Assembly (NCBI GenBank): GCA_963717535.1 | Contig: OY970344.1 | Span: 35,306 to 99,305 of the forward strand | Direction of reading: 5' to 3' | DNA: 64,000 bases | DNA from: an uncultured Verrucomicrobiae bacterium | Lineage (GTDB): Bacteria > Acidobacteriota > Terriglobia > Terriglobales > Acidobacteriaceae | Part shown: one piece after another, positions 35,164 through 44,559 of the stretch | Position numbering within the stretch: position 1 is the stretch's first letter | Layout of the letters: the number at the start of each line of letters is the position of its first letter | The notes under the pieces: model-generated | Told to the model about the DNA's origin: nothing | The model's database searches: none | Seen by the model: only the letters and a program-made list of their open reading frames with translations | Translations under genes and position numbers: made by a program

Positions 35164-35901
35164 GTGGGTGAGTCGGAACGGTTGAGGGTCGCGACCTACA
35201 ACATCCATAAGTGCCAGGGATTCGACCGGCGAACCGTGCCGGAACGGGTGATCGCCGTGCTGCGAGAGCTGGATGCGGACGTGCTCTGCCTGCAGGAGGT
35301 GGTGAACGCGCCGGGCGGGTCGCGGCTCTTCGACCAGGCGGGCGAGATCGCGCGGGCCCTGGGAGAGTACGAATGGTATTTTGGGGCGAATCGACCGCTT
35401 CGGGGTGGGACATACGGCAACATGACACTGTGCCGCCTGCCTGTGCTGAATTGGAAAAACATAGACATCACGCAGAAGCGGGAGCCGCGGGGTGTGTTGC
35501 AGACGGACATCCGGCTCGGCGAGTCCCGCTTGCTCCACCTGTTCAACGTGCATCTGGGCACGGGGTTTATGGAACGGCGCTCTCAGGCGTCGCGGCTGAT
35601 GAGTGATGACGTCCTGGCACAGCCCGGGTTGAAGGGGCATCGCTTGGTGATTGGAGATTTCAACGAGTGGACGCGAGGGCTGACCACGCGGCTGATGCGC
35701 GACAGCTTCCAAACGTTCCAGCCAAAACATGCCCTGCGCTTCCCGAAGACGTTCCCGGGAATGTTGCCCTTGATGACGCTGGACCATTGTTACTACGAGG
35801 CGCCTTTGGAGTTGGTGCGCACGGAAGTCTGGCGAAGCCGGACCGCGCTGGTCGCTTCGGATCATCTGCCGTTAGTGGCAGAGTTCCGGACTGGGGTGTG
35901 A
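35164..35901 (+). CDS. Endonuclease/exonuclease/phosphatase family protein (YbhP-like)
   Basis: ATYNIHK, DVLCLQEV, YGNMTL, NVHLG, GDFNEW, LDHCY and ASDHLP. Confidence 0.9.
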   Translation: MGESERLRVATYNIHKCQGFDRRTVPERVIAVLRELDADVLCLQEVVNAPGGSRLFDQAGEIARALGEYEWYFGANRPLRGGTYGNMTLCRLPVLNWKNIDITQKREPRGVLQTDIRLGESRLLHLFNVHLGTGFMERRSQASRLMSDDVLAQPGLKGHRLVIGDFNEWTRGLTTRLMRDSFQTFQPKHALRFPKTFPGMLPLMTLDHCYYEAPLELVRTEVWRSRTALVASDHLPLVAEFRTGV

Positions 35902-36026
35902 CAACCAGAAGTCAGTTGACTTCCCGCGGAGAGTGGCACAGAGTGGTGGCATTCCGCAATCAAGAGCGGGACGGGCCCTCAAGTCGACCAGAACATCCTG
36001 AGGTACCGAGAACCCGGAGAAACTAC

Positions 36027-36161
36027 ATGCCAAATTCCAAGACCCAGAAAGCCTCGCCCTCATCCCAGAAGCCCTCCACCGGGAACAGCAAGGCAGGTGG
36101 CTCTAAGCCCGGCCCGAAGCCGATGGGCGCTGTTCAGAACTTGGACCAACCGGTCAAGTAG
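36027..36161 (+). CDS. Small basic low-complexity protein (44 aa)
   Basis: GGAGA SD 6 nt before the ATG. MPNSKTQKASPSSQKPSTGNSKAGGSKPGPKPMGAVQNLDQPVK. TTGACT-17-CAGAGT promoter-like sequence upstream. Confidence 0.5.
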   Translation: MPNSKTQKASPSSQKPSTGNSKAGGSKPGPKPMGAVQNLDQPVK

Positions 36162-36227
36162 CCGGTTCGCGCACCACGGCTGCGGCGAAGATCGAATCAC
36201 TCCTGTCCAGGCTGCCAGGTGCTTAGC

Positions 36228-37058
36228 CTAGCGCCTGAAGAAGTCCTTAACCTGCTGCACGAAAACATCGCGGCCGATGTCGCTGATGGCCTCGGTGAGT
36301 GGAAGCTGTTTGGGGCAGGCCTGGACGCAGTTCTGCGCAAAGCTGCACTCCTGGACCCCGCCATCGCCCGCGAGGGCGCGGAGGCGTTCGTCCTTCAGCA
36401 CGGAGCCCGCAGGGTCCATGTTGAACAGCTTGGCTTGCGCGATGGTCGCGGCACCGACGAAGTTGGTGACGTCGTTGAACTGCGGGCAGACCTCCATGCA
36501 GATGGTGCAGGAGATGCAATTGGACAGCGGGTAGCGCTGCTCCTGAATCTGCGGCGCCTGCCGGGGACCGGGGCCGAGGTCGTAGCTGCCGTCGATCGGC
36601 ACCCAGGCTTTGACCCTCTTCAGGTTCTCGAACAGGACGGACCGGTCAACGGCAAGGTCACGAACGACGGGAAACTTGCTTAACGGGGCAAGGGTGATGG
36701 TGTTGTCTGCGCCGAGGAGCTTGTCCACCAGCGCTGAGCAGGCCATCATCGCTTTGCCGTTGATGCGCATGGCACAGGAGCCACAGATCTCTTCGAGGCA
36801 GTTTGCGTCGTAGGCGATGGCGGTGGATTGCTGGCCATCGGCGGTGACGGGGTTGAGCGCGATCTCGCCCAGCACCGAGGTGATGTTCATGTTCGGGCGG
36901 TAGGGAATCGCAAACGCTTCTGTGCGCGCCGGGGCGTCGGGTGTGGCCTGCCGCGTCACCTTCACGGTGAAGGTGCGGGAGGAAGCTGGATGGCCAGGGG
37001 AGGTGACCTCTGCCTTGGGGGTGGTGTTCGGGCCGACTTCAACCGCGCTTGCTGCCAT
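36228..37058 (-). CDS. sdhB: Succinate dehydrogenase iron-sulfur subunit
   Basis: NCLEEICGSC...MACSAL, CISCTICMEVCP and CSFAQNCVQACPK. Start trimmed to MAASAVE. Confidence 0.95.
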   Translation of the reverse strand: MAASAVEVGPNTTPKAEVTSPGHPASSRTFTVKVTRQATPDAPARTEAFAIPYRPNMNITSVLGEIALNPVTADGQQSTAIAYDANCLEEICGSCAMRINGKAMMACSALVDKLLGADNTITLAPLSKFPVVRDLAVDRSVLFENLKRVKAWVPIDGSYDLGPGPRQAPQIQEQRYPLSNCISCTICMEVCPQFNDVTNFVGAATIAQAKLFNMDPAGSVLKDERLRALAGDGGVQECSFAQNCVQACPKQLPLTEAISDIGRDVFVQQVKDFFRR

Positions 37059-37215
37059 CTTGCTCTTCCTCCTGCTCGGGTAGGCTTCCACGGCCGTTAT
37101 CAGGCCGCATGCTCCATCTGCCGTACAGCAGAATGGCGCCGTAGAACAAAGCACCCGACACGGTCAGGAGGATGGTAAGCGCGGTGAGACTGAGGTGCGG
37201 GCCGGCCATAAATCC

Positions 37216-37425
37216 TTATCGGTGGTGCTGCTGTTTGTCATGCTTCATGGCTTCCTGTGCTTCCAGGATTCCGGCTTCTTTGCTGGCTGCGGCGTGACCG
37301 CCTTCGATCTGGTGTTCGCGAGTCTTGGAGCGCCTGTTGTACAGGACCATGTAGCTGATGATCCCGATGAAGATGAGTGCGAGGAGCGCGAGATAGAGAG
37401 GCGAGTGTGGATGTCCTTCGAGCAT
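37216..37425 (-). CDS. Small single-helix membrane protein (69 aa) between sdhA and sdhB
   Basis: One TM segment (LYLALLALIFIGIISYMVL) and a charged, His-rich tail. Same strand as the operon. Confidence 0.55.
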   Translation of the reverse strand: MLEGHPHSPLYLALLALIFIGIISYMVLYNRRSKTREHQIEGGHAAASKEAGILEAQEAMKHDKQQHHR

Positions 37426-37464
37426 GCTTTGTCAGATGCCCCCTTTCGCGCCGAAGTGTACTCC

Positions 37465-39237
37465 TCAGGCTGCGGCGTCGTATCTCCTTGGCCGTGGCGT
37501 GATGAATTGGGTGTCGACCTCTTCGTACTCGATCTTGGGTGCGCCGTCGACGAAGGTCGCCTTCGTGGTCTTGAGGAACTGGTCGTCGTTGCGATCGGGG
37601 AAGTCGGGCTTGTAGTGCGCGCCGCGGCTCTCATCGCGCATAGCGGCACCCTGCACGACGACGCGGCTGAGGTGGAGCATGTTCCAGAGCTGGCGGGCGA
37701 AGGCGAAGCTGGTGTTGGCCCACTGGCTCTTGTCGGAGAGGTTGATGTTGCGGAAGCGGTCCTGCAGTTCGACAATTTTGGCGTCGGCTTCAGCGAGGCC
37801 GCTGTTGTAGCGAATGATGGTGGCGTGGCGGGTCATGGTGTCGCCGAGCTCGCGCCAGATGCGGAACGGGTTTTCCGTCCCCTGGTTGTTGAGAAGGCCG
37901 TCGTTCAACTCCCGTTGGCGCTGAATCTCCGCAGCGTGGCCACCGTCACCGGCTTGCGGCGCGAGGGACTTGGCGTATTCGAGGGCGCAGGGGCCTGCGA
38001 CGAAGCCGCCGTAGATGCAGCTCAGGAGCGAGTTCGCGCCGAGGCGATTGGCGCCGTGAATGCTGTAGTCGGCTTCGCCGGCGGCGAAGATGCCGGGGAC
38101 GTTGGTCATCTGGTTGAAGTCCACCCAGACGCCGCCCATGGTGTAGTGCATGCCGGGGAAGATCTTCATGGGGACCTTGCGGGGGTCGTCGCCTACGAAC
38201 TTCTCGTAGATCTCGAGGATGCCTTCGAGCTTGTGCTGGCGCGCCGCCGGCAGGTGCGAGACGTCGAGATAGACCATGGGCTGGCCGTCGATGCCGAGGT
38301 TTTCCTGGTAGACGATGCGGTGGATCGCGCGGGTCGCGATGTCCCGCGGGACAAGGTTGCCGTACTTGGGGTACCACTCCTCGAGGAAGTAGAAACGCTC
38401 GGGCTCGGGGATGGACTGCGCGGCGCGCTTGTCGTGGGGGTCGCGGGGGACCCACACGCGGCCGCCTTCGCCGCGGGCTGATTCCGACATCAGGCGGAGC
38501 TTGTCTTCGCCCGGGATGGCAGTGGGGTGGACCTGGATGAACTCGCCGTTGGCGTACGCCACGCCCTGCTGGTAGACGGCGCTCTGGGCGGAGCCGGTGC
38601 ACACGACAGAGTTGGTGGACTTGCCAAAGATCGCACCGATGCCGCCAGTGCAGAGGATGATCGCGTCAGCGGGGAAGGTGCGGACCTCCATCGAGCGCAG
38701 ATCCATAGCGCAGATGCCGCGGGCGGCGCCGTTGTCGTCGAGCACGGAGCTGAGGAACTCCCAGCCCTCGTACTTGGTGACCTTGCCTTCAGATTCGTAG
38801 CGGCGGACCTGCTCGTCCAGCGCGTAGAGAAGCTGCTGGCCGGTGGTGGCGCCCGCAAATGCCGTACGGTGATACAACGTGCCGCCGAAGCGGCGGAAGT
38901 CGAGCAGGCCTTCAGGGGTACGGTTGAAGGGAACGCCCATGCGGTCGAGCAGGTCGATGATGGCGGGACCCTGCGCGGTCATCCCCTTGACGGGGGTCTG
39001 ATTGGCGAGGAAGTCGCCGCCATAGATGGTGTCGTCGAAGTGCTTGAGGACGTCGTCGCCCTCGCCCTTGAGGTTCTTGGCGGCGTTAATGCCGCCCTGG
39101 GCGCAGACGGAGTGCGAGCGCTTGACCGGGACGATGGAGAAGAGGTCGACGGTGCCGCCGGCTTCGGCGATCTTGATGACGGCGGAGAGACCGGCGAGGC
39201 CTCCGCCGACGACGATGATGCGTGGTGTTGCTGCCAT
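37465..39237 (-). CDS. sdhA: Succinate dehydrogenase flavoprotein subunit
   Basis: VGGGLAG, RSHSVCAQGGIN (FAD His), FIQVHPT, SESARGEGG, HYTMGG, HGANRLGANSL and ESRGAHY. Confidence 0.97.
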   Translation of the reverse strand: MAATPRIIVVGGGLAGLSAVIKIAEAGGTVDLFSIVPVKRSHSVCAQGGINAAKNLKGEGDDVLKHFDDTIYGGDFLANQTPVKGMTAQGPAIIDLLDRMGVPFNRTPEGLLDFRRFGGTLYHRTAFAGATTGQQLLYALDEQVRRYESEGKVTKYEGWEFLSSVLDDNGAARGICAMDLRSMEVRTFPADAIILCTGGIGAIFGKSTNSVVCTGSAQSAVYQQGVAYANGEFIQVHPTAIPGEDKLRLMSESARGEGGRVWVPRDPHDKRAAQSIPEPERFYFLEEWYPKYGNLVPRDIATRAIHRIVYQENLGIDGQPMVYLDVSHLPAARQHKLEGILEIYEKFVGDDPRKVPMKIFPGMHYTMGGVWVDFNQMTNVPGIFAAGEADYSIHGANRLGANSLLSCIYGGFVAGPCALEYAKSLAPQAGDGGHAAEIQRQRELNDGLLNNQGTENPFRIWRELGDTMTRHATIIRYNSGLAEADAKIVELQDRFRNINLSDKSQWANTSFAFARQLWNMLHLSRVVVQGAAMRDESRGAHYKPDFPDRNDDQFLKTTKATFVDGAPKIEYEEVDTQFITPRPRRYDAAA

Positions 39238-39248
39238 TGGCTTACAAA

Positions 39249-39307
39249 CCTCAGGGGCTGAAGCCCTGTCGTGATCTTGCTGCTATCGGCACGCTGAAGC
39301 CGTGCCC
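39249..39307. repeat. REP/REPIN-like hairpin doublet
   Basis: CCTCAGGGGC-TGAA-GCCCT and CGGCACGC-TGAA-GCCGTGCCC: two short palindromes sharing a GCTGAAGC core, about 20 nt apart, intergenic. Confidence 0.55.
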
Positions 39308-39334
39308 ATCCAACATCGCTACACTTACCAGCGG

Positions 39335-39664
39335 CTAACGCTTCAGACGAACGATCAAAATGCAGATCGTAACGACCCATGCCACGGTGCTGATCAAACC
39401 AGTTGTTGCGCTCACGCCTGCGAGCTGATTGATTCTGTAAAGCTTCGAGTCAGGCTCTGCCTTGCGATAGGAGCTGAGCACCTTTTCAGCCTGCACGCCG
39501 CTGATCCAGAAACGAGAGTATGCACTCGCTTTCCTCGCCCTTGGAACGCCCACTCTCCACGACATCTTGAGGAAGGTCCATCTCGTCATCGCGGTACCTG
39601 CTGCAATCAAGGCCAAACTTCCGTATCCCCAGAACGCGAGTACATGCGTCCAGGTGTTGCTCAT
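39335..39664 (-). CDS. Small membrane protein (109 aa) between sdhC and sdhA
   Basis: ATG immediately follows the sdhC TAA. Two hydrophobic segments. Codon usage is visibly less GC-biased than the sdh genes. Confidence 0.65.
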   Translation of the reverse strand: MSNTWTHVLAFWGYGSLALIAAGTAMTRWTFLKMSWRVGVPRARKASAYSRFWISGVQAEKVLSSYRKAEPDSKLYRINQLAGVSATTGLISTVAWVVTICILIVRLKR

Positions 39665-40477
39665 TTACCGGACCACACCGGGCTGCGTTGGATTGGTTGC
39701 ATTCGGCGGCGCAGTAGCCGGGGCGGGCAGGATGACTCCGGCCGGCTGTTCGGGCATAACGTCTGCCGGGGCGTTGGGGTACTTCCAGACAGCGGCGTAC
39801 ATGCTGATGAAGCCCATGACGCAGAGCGCGGCGCCAAGGCCTCCCCAGGCGTAGCCGGATTTGCGGCGGGCCTTGACGCCGGGGGTGATGCCCCACTTGG
39901 CGCAGAAGAGCCAGCCGCCGTAGCTGAAGTGCCAGCAGGTGGCGATCATCGCGATGGCGTAGATGGCGAACATCCAGGGGTTGGAGAGCTCGTGCTGCAC
40001 CTTGGCGAAGGCCGCGCCGGGGTGCTCGGGGAGCGAGACGCCCGAGAAGCGTTGCCGCCACACGTGCTGGATGATGTAGGCGAGGGCGATGAGGCCGGTG
40101 ATGCGCTGGGCGTAGTAGGCCCAGTTGCCGGCCCAGGGATAGACGTTGACGTTGGTGCGTCCGCGCAGCCAGATGAAGACGCCATAGCCGGCGTGGTAGG
40201 CGAGCGGGATGAAGATGAACGCCCACTCCAGGATGCGGACGAGGGGGAGGCCGTTGAGGAACTTGACCTGCTGCGCGTAGGCGAGGGGGCCGTTCCACAT
40301 CTCGAAGTTGGAGATGATGTGCTCGATGAGAAAGGCGCCGATGGGGATGATGCCGGTGAGCGAGTGGAGCTTGCGCCAGAAGAAGCTGTGGCCTTCGCCG
40401 GCGCGGAGCGGCTGGACGCCTCGGCGCTTGCCTTGCTGGGCGTTATCGGGCGGCGCCATTGGGGCAGCTGCGGCCAT
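39665..40477 (-). CDS. sdhC: Succinate dehydrogenase diheme cytochrome b subunit (type B)
   Basis: RKLHSLTGIIPIG.FL..H, with four candidate His ligands (LHS, YHA, QHV, WHF), as in Bacillus SdhC. Confidence 0.92.
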   Translation of the reverse strand: MAAAAPMAPPDNAQQGKRRGVQPLRAGEGHSFFWRKLHSLTGIIPIGAFLIEHIISNFEMWNGPLAYAQQVKFLNGLPLVRILEWAFIFIPLAYHAGYGVFIWLRGRTNVNVYPWAGNWAYYAQRITGLIALAYIIQHVWRQRFSGVSLPEHPGAAFAKVQHELSNPWMFAIYAIAMIATCWHFSYGGWLFCAKWGITPGVKARRKSGYAWGGLGAALCVMGFISMYAAVWKYPNAPADVMPEQPAGVILPAPATAPPNATNPTQPGVVR

Positions 40478-40781
40478 CGGTGGGAGCTCCTTGGAATGCC
40501 TGGGCGCCTGGCTCAGCGGACGAGCCTTATTGCCGGGCAGCTTGATTCTTCCACCGTCAAAAAACAGCCGTCAAGGAAACCCAAGTGGGATTGGCCGATA
40601 TTCGGGGTCTTTGTGCGATTCCTGCGTCTCGTCCAAAGTTGTGGGGTAGAGGCAAGCTCGTGCCGTGTGCCCCGCGTCCAGTCCGGCCCGTTCAATGTTG
40701 GCTGCCCTCCTCTGCGTAGACTGAGTTGGGAAGCACACGTCGGAGCAGGGGAGAGGTTCTCAGAACCGATCAGGATGTAAT

Positions 40782-41453
40782 TCAACTGCGCACCGTGACG
40801 CTTTTAGAAGGGCCAGCCGATGCAAGGCTCCGGAGTTGCCCAAGCAGGTCGCGGAACGCGTTACCCCGGTGGCTGATGGCCCACTTCTGCGCGGGGGGCA
40901 ACTCAGCAAAGGTGAGGCCTCGGCCGGGAAGGCTGAACAGGGGATCGTAGCCGAAGCCGTTGCTGCCCCGCGGAGTGTCGAGGAGTTCGCCTTCGACCTT
41001 ACCGTACGAGCGCAGCAGGACGTGGCCATCGCGCGCCAGCGAAAGGGCGCAGACAAAGCGAGCGGAGCGACTGCCTTTTCCCGCGCCCGCGCGTTCCTGG
41101 TCGTGAACCAGGGAGAGCAGGCACCGATTATTCCGTTCATCTTTGGGGCGGCCAGCGCCGGGCTCGAAGTTCAAGCTGTCCGCGAAGCGGGCCGAGAGCA
41201 CCCCGGGCCGACCTCCGAGGGCGTCGACCTCCAGGCCGGAGTCGTCGGCGAGTATGAGCAGCCCGGGCGAGGCCCTGGAGTAGAAGACCGCCTTGAGATC
41301 GGCGTTCCCTGCGAACGTGTGCGCATCTTCGCCCGGTTCCGGAAGGTGCTGCAGTCCCGGAAGAGCAAAAACCTCTACATTCTCTGAGGCCGCCGCCTGA
41401 GCGAACTCGCGGAGCTTTCCATGATTGGTGGTTGCAGCGAACAGGGTGATCAC
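40782..41453 (-). CDS. rdgB: Non-canonical purine NTP pyrophosphatase (RdgB/HAM1)
   Basis: ATTNHGKLREF, ADDSGLEVDALGGRPGVLSARF, GFGYDPLF and SHRGNA. GTG start assumed. Confidence 0.92.
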   Translation of the reverse strand: MITLFAATTNHGKLREFAQAAASENVEVFALPGLQHLPEPGEDAHTFAGNADLKAVFYSRASPGLLILADDSGLEVDALGGRPGVLSARFADSLNFEPGAGRPKDERNNRCLLSLVHDQERAGAGKGSRSARFVCALSLARDGHVLLRSYGKVEGELLDTPRGSNGFGYDPLFSLPGRGLTFAELPPAQKWAISHRGNAFRDLLGQLRSLASAGPSKSVTVRS

Positions 41454-41581
41454 AAGTCGTTGGATGAGTTGTCGGTCGCCTTCGATGGGCGAAGATGACG
41501 CGCCGGTCACCACAAAATGAACCAAAGAGGATGGACTGAACGTCTGACTGGAACAAGGATTTAGAAGCGGAAGGCGGTTTC

Positions 41582-42457
41582 TTGGGCAATCGGATTGGGA
41601 TTTTCCGACGTTTGGGCGTGAGTGCGTTCATCGTGGCGGGCTTTGGGCTGGCAGTTGGGTCGGCAAATGGGGCGTGGGCACAAGACACGGCAAGAACAGA
41701 CCTGCTAGATGCTCCGTCTACGCAGGCGAGCGCCCTTGCACCGGTGTCTCGGCCTGTAGGGCAGACCGCCGACGCCAAGCCCCGACAGCCCGAGGAGCCA
41801 GCTGTCTCCCAGGAGATCCCATCCACCCCAGAACCGCGGCAGATACGGCAGCAACAGGGCCGGATTTTCGGCGTTGTACCGAACTTTGCGACGGTCTCCG
41901 GCGGAACTGCTGCCAAGCCTGCAGGGTGGAAGACGGATTGGGGTACAGCCAACCGGCAGGCGCTCGATTACTCCTCCTTCGCCTACCTGTTCCTGAGCTC
42001 GGGCACCGCCTGGGCCGAGGACTCGCATCCGTCGTTGGACACCTACCATGGCGGAAATGCGCCCTTCTGGGGATACCTGTGGCGCGGCTTTCTGGACAAA
42101 ACGGACGGGACCTACCAGGGTGCCTTCCTCTTCCCGGCCTTGCTGCACGAGGACACCCGCTACTACGCGATGGGCGAGGGGCGGATCTGGAAGCGGACCC
42201 TGCACGCGACGGGGTCGGTGGTGATTGCGCGCACGTACTCAGGACGGTCGATCCCGAACGTGGCAGGCATCGCGGGCAAGGTTGGCACGCAGGCGGTTTC
42301 GACGGTGTACTATCCCCCGGGGTCAGAGGGCTTTGCCGAATTGGCCGAGAAGTTCACCTACTCGTGTCTGCGGCAAGCGGGAATCTCGGTCTTGCGAGAG
42401 TTCTCGCCTGACCTGAACGCTCTGGTGCACCACCACCGGCACAGTGCGGGGACTTAA
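41582..42457 (+). CDS. Exported hypothetical protein (acidobacterial type)
   Basis: Signal peptide and Pro-rich linker, RIFGVVPNF, LFPALLHEDTRYY...WKR..HA and YYP motifs. Confidence 0.7.
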   Translation: MGNRIGIFRRLGVSAFIVAGFGLAVGSANGAWAQDTARTDLLDAPSTQASALAPVSRPVGQTADAKPRQPEEPAVSQEIPSTPEPRQIRQQQGRIFGVVPNFATVSGGTAAKPAGWKTDWGTANRQALDYSSFAYLFLSSGTAWAEDSHPSLDTYHGGNAPFWGYLWRGFLDKTDGTYQGAFLFPALLHEDTRYYAMGEGRIWKRTLHATGSVVIARTYSGRSIPNVAGIAGKVGTQAVSTVYYPPGSEGFAELAEKFTYSCLRQAGISVLREFSPDLNALVHHHRHSAGT

Positions 42458-42459
42458 AT

Positions 42460-43179
42460 CTACTTGCTGATGTTGTGGCCGAAGTGGAAGGCCGGGCCCA
42501 CGGAGTAGCGGTACGTGAAGCTGCCGTGGTCAAGGATGTTGTTGAACGGGTGATTCCACCCGGCGTCGAACTGCACACGGGCCCCAAGATGCCGCATAAG
42601 GGGGAACTCCACCCCGCCACCGGCGCCGTACGCCCCGTACCAGTCAGTGAGGTAGCCCTGCGGTGCGAGTTGGGCGGCCACCAGGGTATTGACTGGATCA
42701 TTCGGGCGCGGGGTGCCGCGGATGTGGAAGGCAGCCAGGACGGGACGAACGAAGATTGTCGCCGCGCGGTAGTGACGAATCACGAGCTGGCCGCCCGCCG
42801 TAAAGGTCTGGATGGTGACATCGACGGGAAGATTCAGAGCGTAGCCAGGCGGGAGTTCGGCGCCGAGTTGCTGACGCAGGGCCGTGGTGGCAATGGCGGG
42901 GGTGAGATGCGTAGCGCCGTTCTGAATGCTGTAATCGAAGCCATAGGAAGACCAGCGGTTTGCGTTGAAACCGGTCTGCAGGTGGAAGCCGACCTGATTA
43001 ATGTTGTTCAGCCCTGGGGTGTTCAGGTCGCTGAATCCGGTGTAGATGTCCCAACGTCCGACATAGGCCTGTTGGGCGCGGCCTGGCAAGCTACCCAGCG
43101 TGACGGCGAGCAGGAGGCAGACTCGGAAGATTGTGATGGCAAAGCGCAAGGTGATGCTCCGTTGTGGCCGTTGAACCAA
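42460..43179 (-). CDS. Small outer-membrane beta-barrel-like protein
   Basis: Signal peptide ending RAQ, alternating aromatic strands and a C-terminal YRYSVGPAFHFG. Confidence 0.65.
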   Translation of the reverse strand: MVQRPQRSITLRFAITIFRVCLLLAVTLGSLPGRAQQAYVGRWDIYTGFSDLNTPGLNNINQVGFHLQTGFNANRWSSYGFDYSIQNGATHLTPAIATTALRQQLGAELPPGYALNLPVDVTIQTFTAGGQLVIRHYRAATIFVRPVLAAFHIRGTPRPNDPVNTLVAAQLAPQGYLTDWYGAYGAGGGVEFPLMRHLGARVQFDAGWNHPFNNILDHGSFTYRYSVGPAFHFGHNISK

Positions 43180-43283
43180 TTGCGACAGGGACAGATCGAC
43201 TGGGATGCTGTCAGGGATCGCTGATCATTGAACGCCGTACCAGGCTGCCGGGCAAGCTCTTTCTTTGCATGGTCGTTCATTGA

Positions 43284-44417
43284 CTACGGCGCGACGCTTT
43301 GCACGATCCCTTTCGCGCGGAGGCCGGCTTCGATCTCGGCGAAGTAGTCTTTGACCGTGCCCTGGGTGCGGATCCATTGAACGTAGCGGCCAATGCCTTC
43401 CTCGATGCTGACCGAAGGCTCATACCCGACCGTGCGGATGCGGCTGATATCGGAGATCAGGGAGCGAATCTCGCCGGGCCGGAACTCGCCGCGGGCAAGT
43501 GGCGCCAGGTCGATGCCTAGCTGGCTGGCGATGATGCTGGCAAGGTCTCGCACGCTGGTCGCACGGCCGGAGCCGACGTTGACGGGCAGACCGTCAAGCT
43601 TGTCGGACTCCATGACGAGGAGGTTGGCACGCGCGATGTCCTCGACGAAGCAGAGATCGCGCGTCTGCCCGCCGTCTTCGTACATCACGGGTTGTTGGTG
43701 ATTCAGGAGCCGGGTGCAGAAGATGGCGATGACGCCAGTGTAGGGGTTGAAAAGCGATTGACGAGGGCCGTAGGTACAGCTGTAGCGCAACGAGACGGTG
43801 GGAATGCCAGTCTGCTTGCCCCAGAGGAGCACGAGGCGTTCCTGGTCGACCTTGGTCAGGGCGTAGACCGTCTCGCCGCCGCCGGGGGTGGACTCGGGCG
43901 TGGGGATCGAGGTCGTCGGCTTGCCGCATAAGGGGCAGTGAACGGCGAAGTCGCCGGCGCGGAGTTGGTCGACTGGGCGAATTGCTGGGACGACATGGCC
44001 GTGCTCGGGGCAGAGCGCCGCGCCTTCGCTGTAAACGGCTTGTGAGCTGGCCACGACGAACTTGCGGATGGGCAGCTTATCGTCCCGGATGATCTCCAGC
44101 ATCTGGGCCGTGCCGAAGCTGTTGACGAGGACGTACTTGGCGATCTCGGGCATATAACCGCCGTAGGCTGCCTCGTGGAAGACGACGTCGATGTCCTGGA
44201 GCGCGGCGCGGATCGTCGCCGCGTCCTGCACTTCGCCCTGCACGAACTCGGCTCCCGGGTTCACCCACGCGGGCTTGCCCTGCTTGTGGGTGTTGGGCTC
44301 GAGATTGTCAAGAATGCGGACGGTGTAGCCGTTCGCGAGGAGGAGGTCGGTGATGTGAGAGCCGATGAGGCCCGCGCCTCCGGTAACGAGGGCGCGCTTC
44401 TGGTGTGTAGGCATCAC
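43284..44417 (-). CDS. NAD-dependent epimerase/dehydratase (extended SDR)
   Basis: TGGAGLIG, ASSQAVY, YALTK (YxxxK), LRYSCTYGP and RDLCFVED. Confidence 0.93.
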   Translation of the reverse strand: MMPTHQKRALVTGGAGLIGSHITDLLLANGYTVRILDNLEPNTHKQGKPAWVNPGAEFVQGEVQDAATIRAALQDIDVVFHEAAYGGYMPEIAKYVLVNSFGTAQMLEIIRDDKLPIRKFVVASSQAVYSEGAALCPEHGHVVPAIRPVDQLRAGDFAVHCPLCGKPTTSIPTPESTPGGGETVYALTKVDQERLVLLWGKQTGIPTVSLRYSCTYGPRQSLFNPYTGVIAIFCTRLLNHQQPVMYEDGGQTRDLCFVEDIARANLLVMESDKLDGLPVNVGSGRATSVRDLASIIASQLGIDLAPLARGEFRPGEIRSLISDISRIRTVGYEPSVSIEEGIGRYVQWIRTQGTVKDYFAEIEAGLRAKGIVQSVAP

Positions 44418-44559
44418 GGGTGATGGTACTGGATACGGTGAGGTGACTCATCCTGGGGCAGAAATGACCTGTCGCCCGGGAAGATGGTGACGGACAGGGA
44501 GTATCGCCCGACCAAGGTGGCATGGAGATTGGTGGTGGGGGTTCCTAGAATCAGACCCG

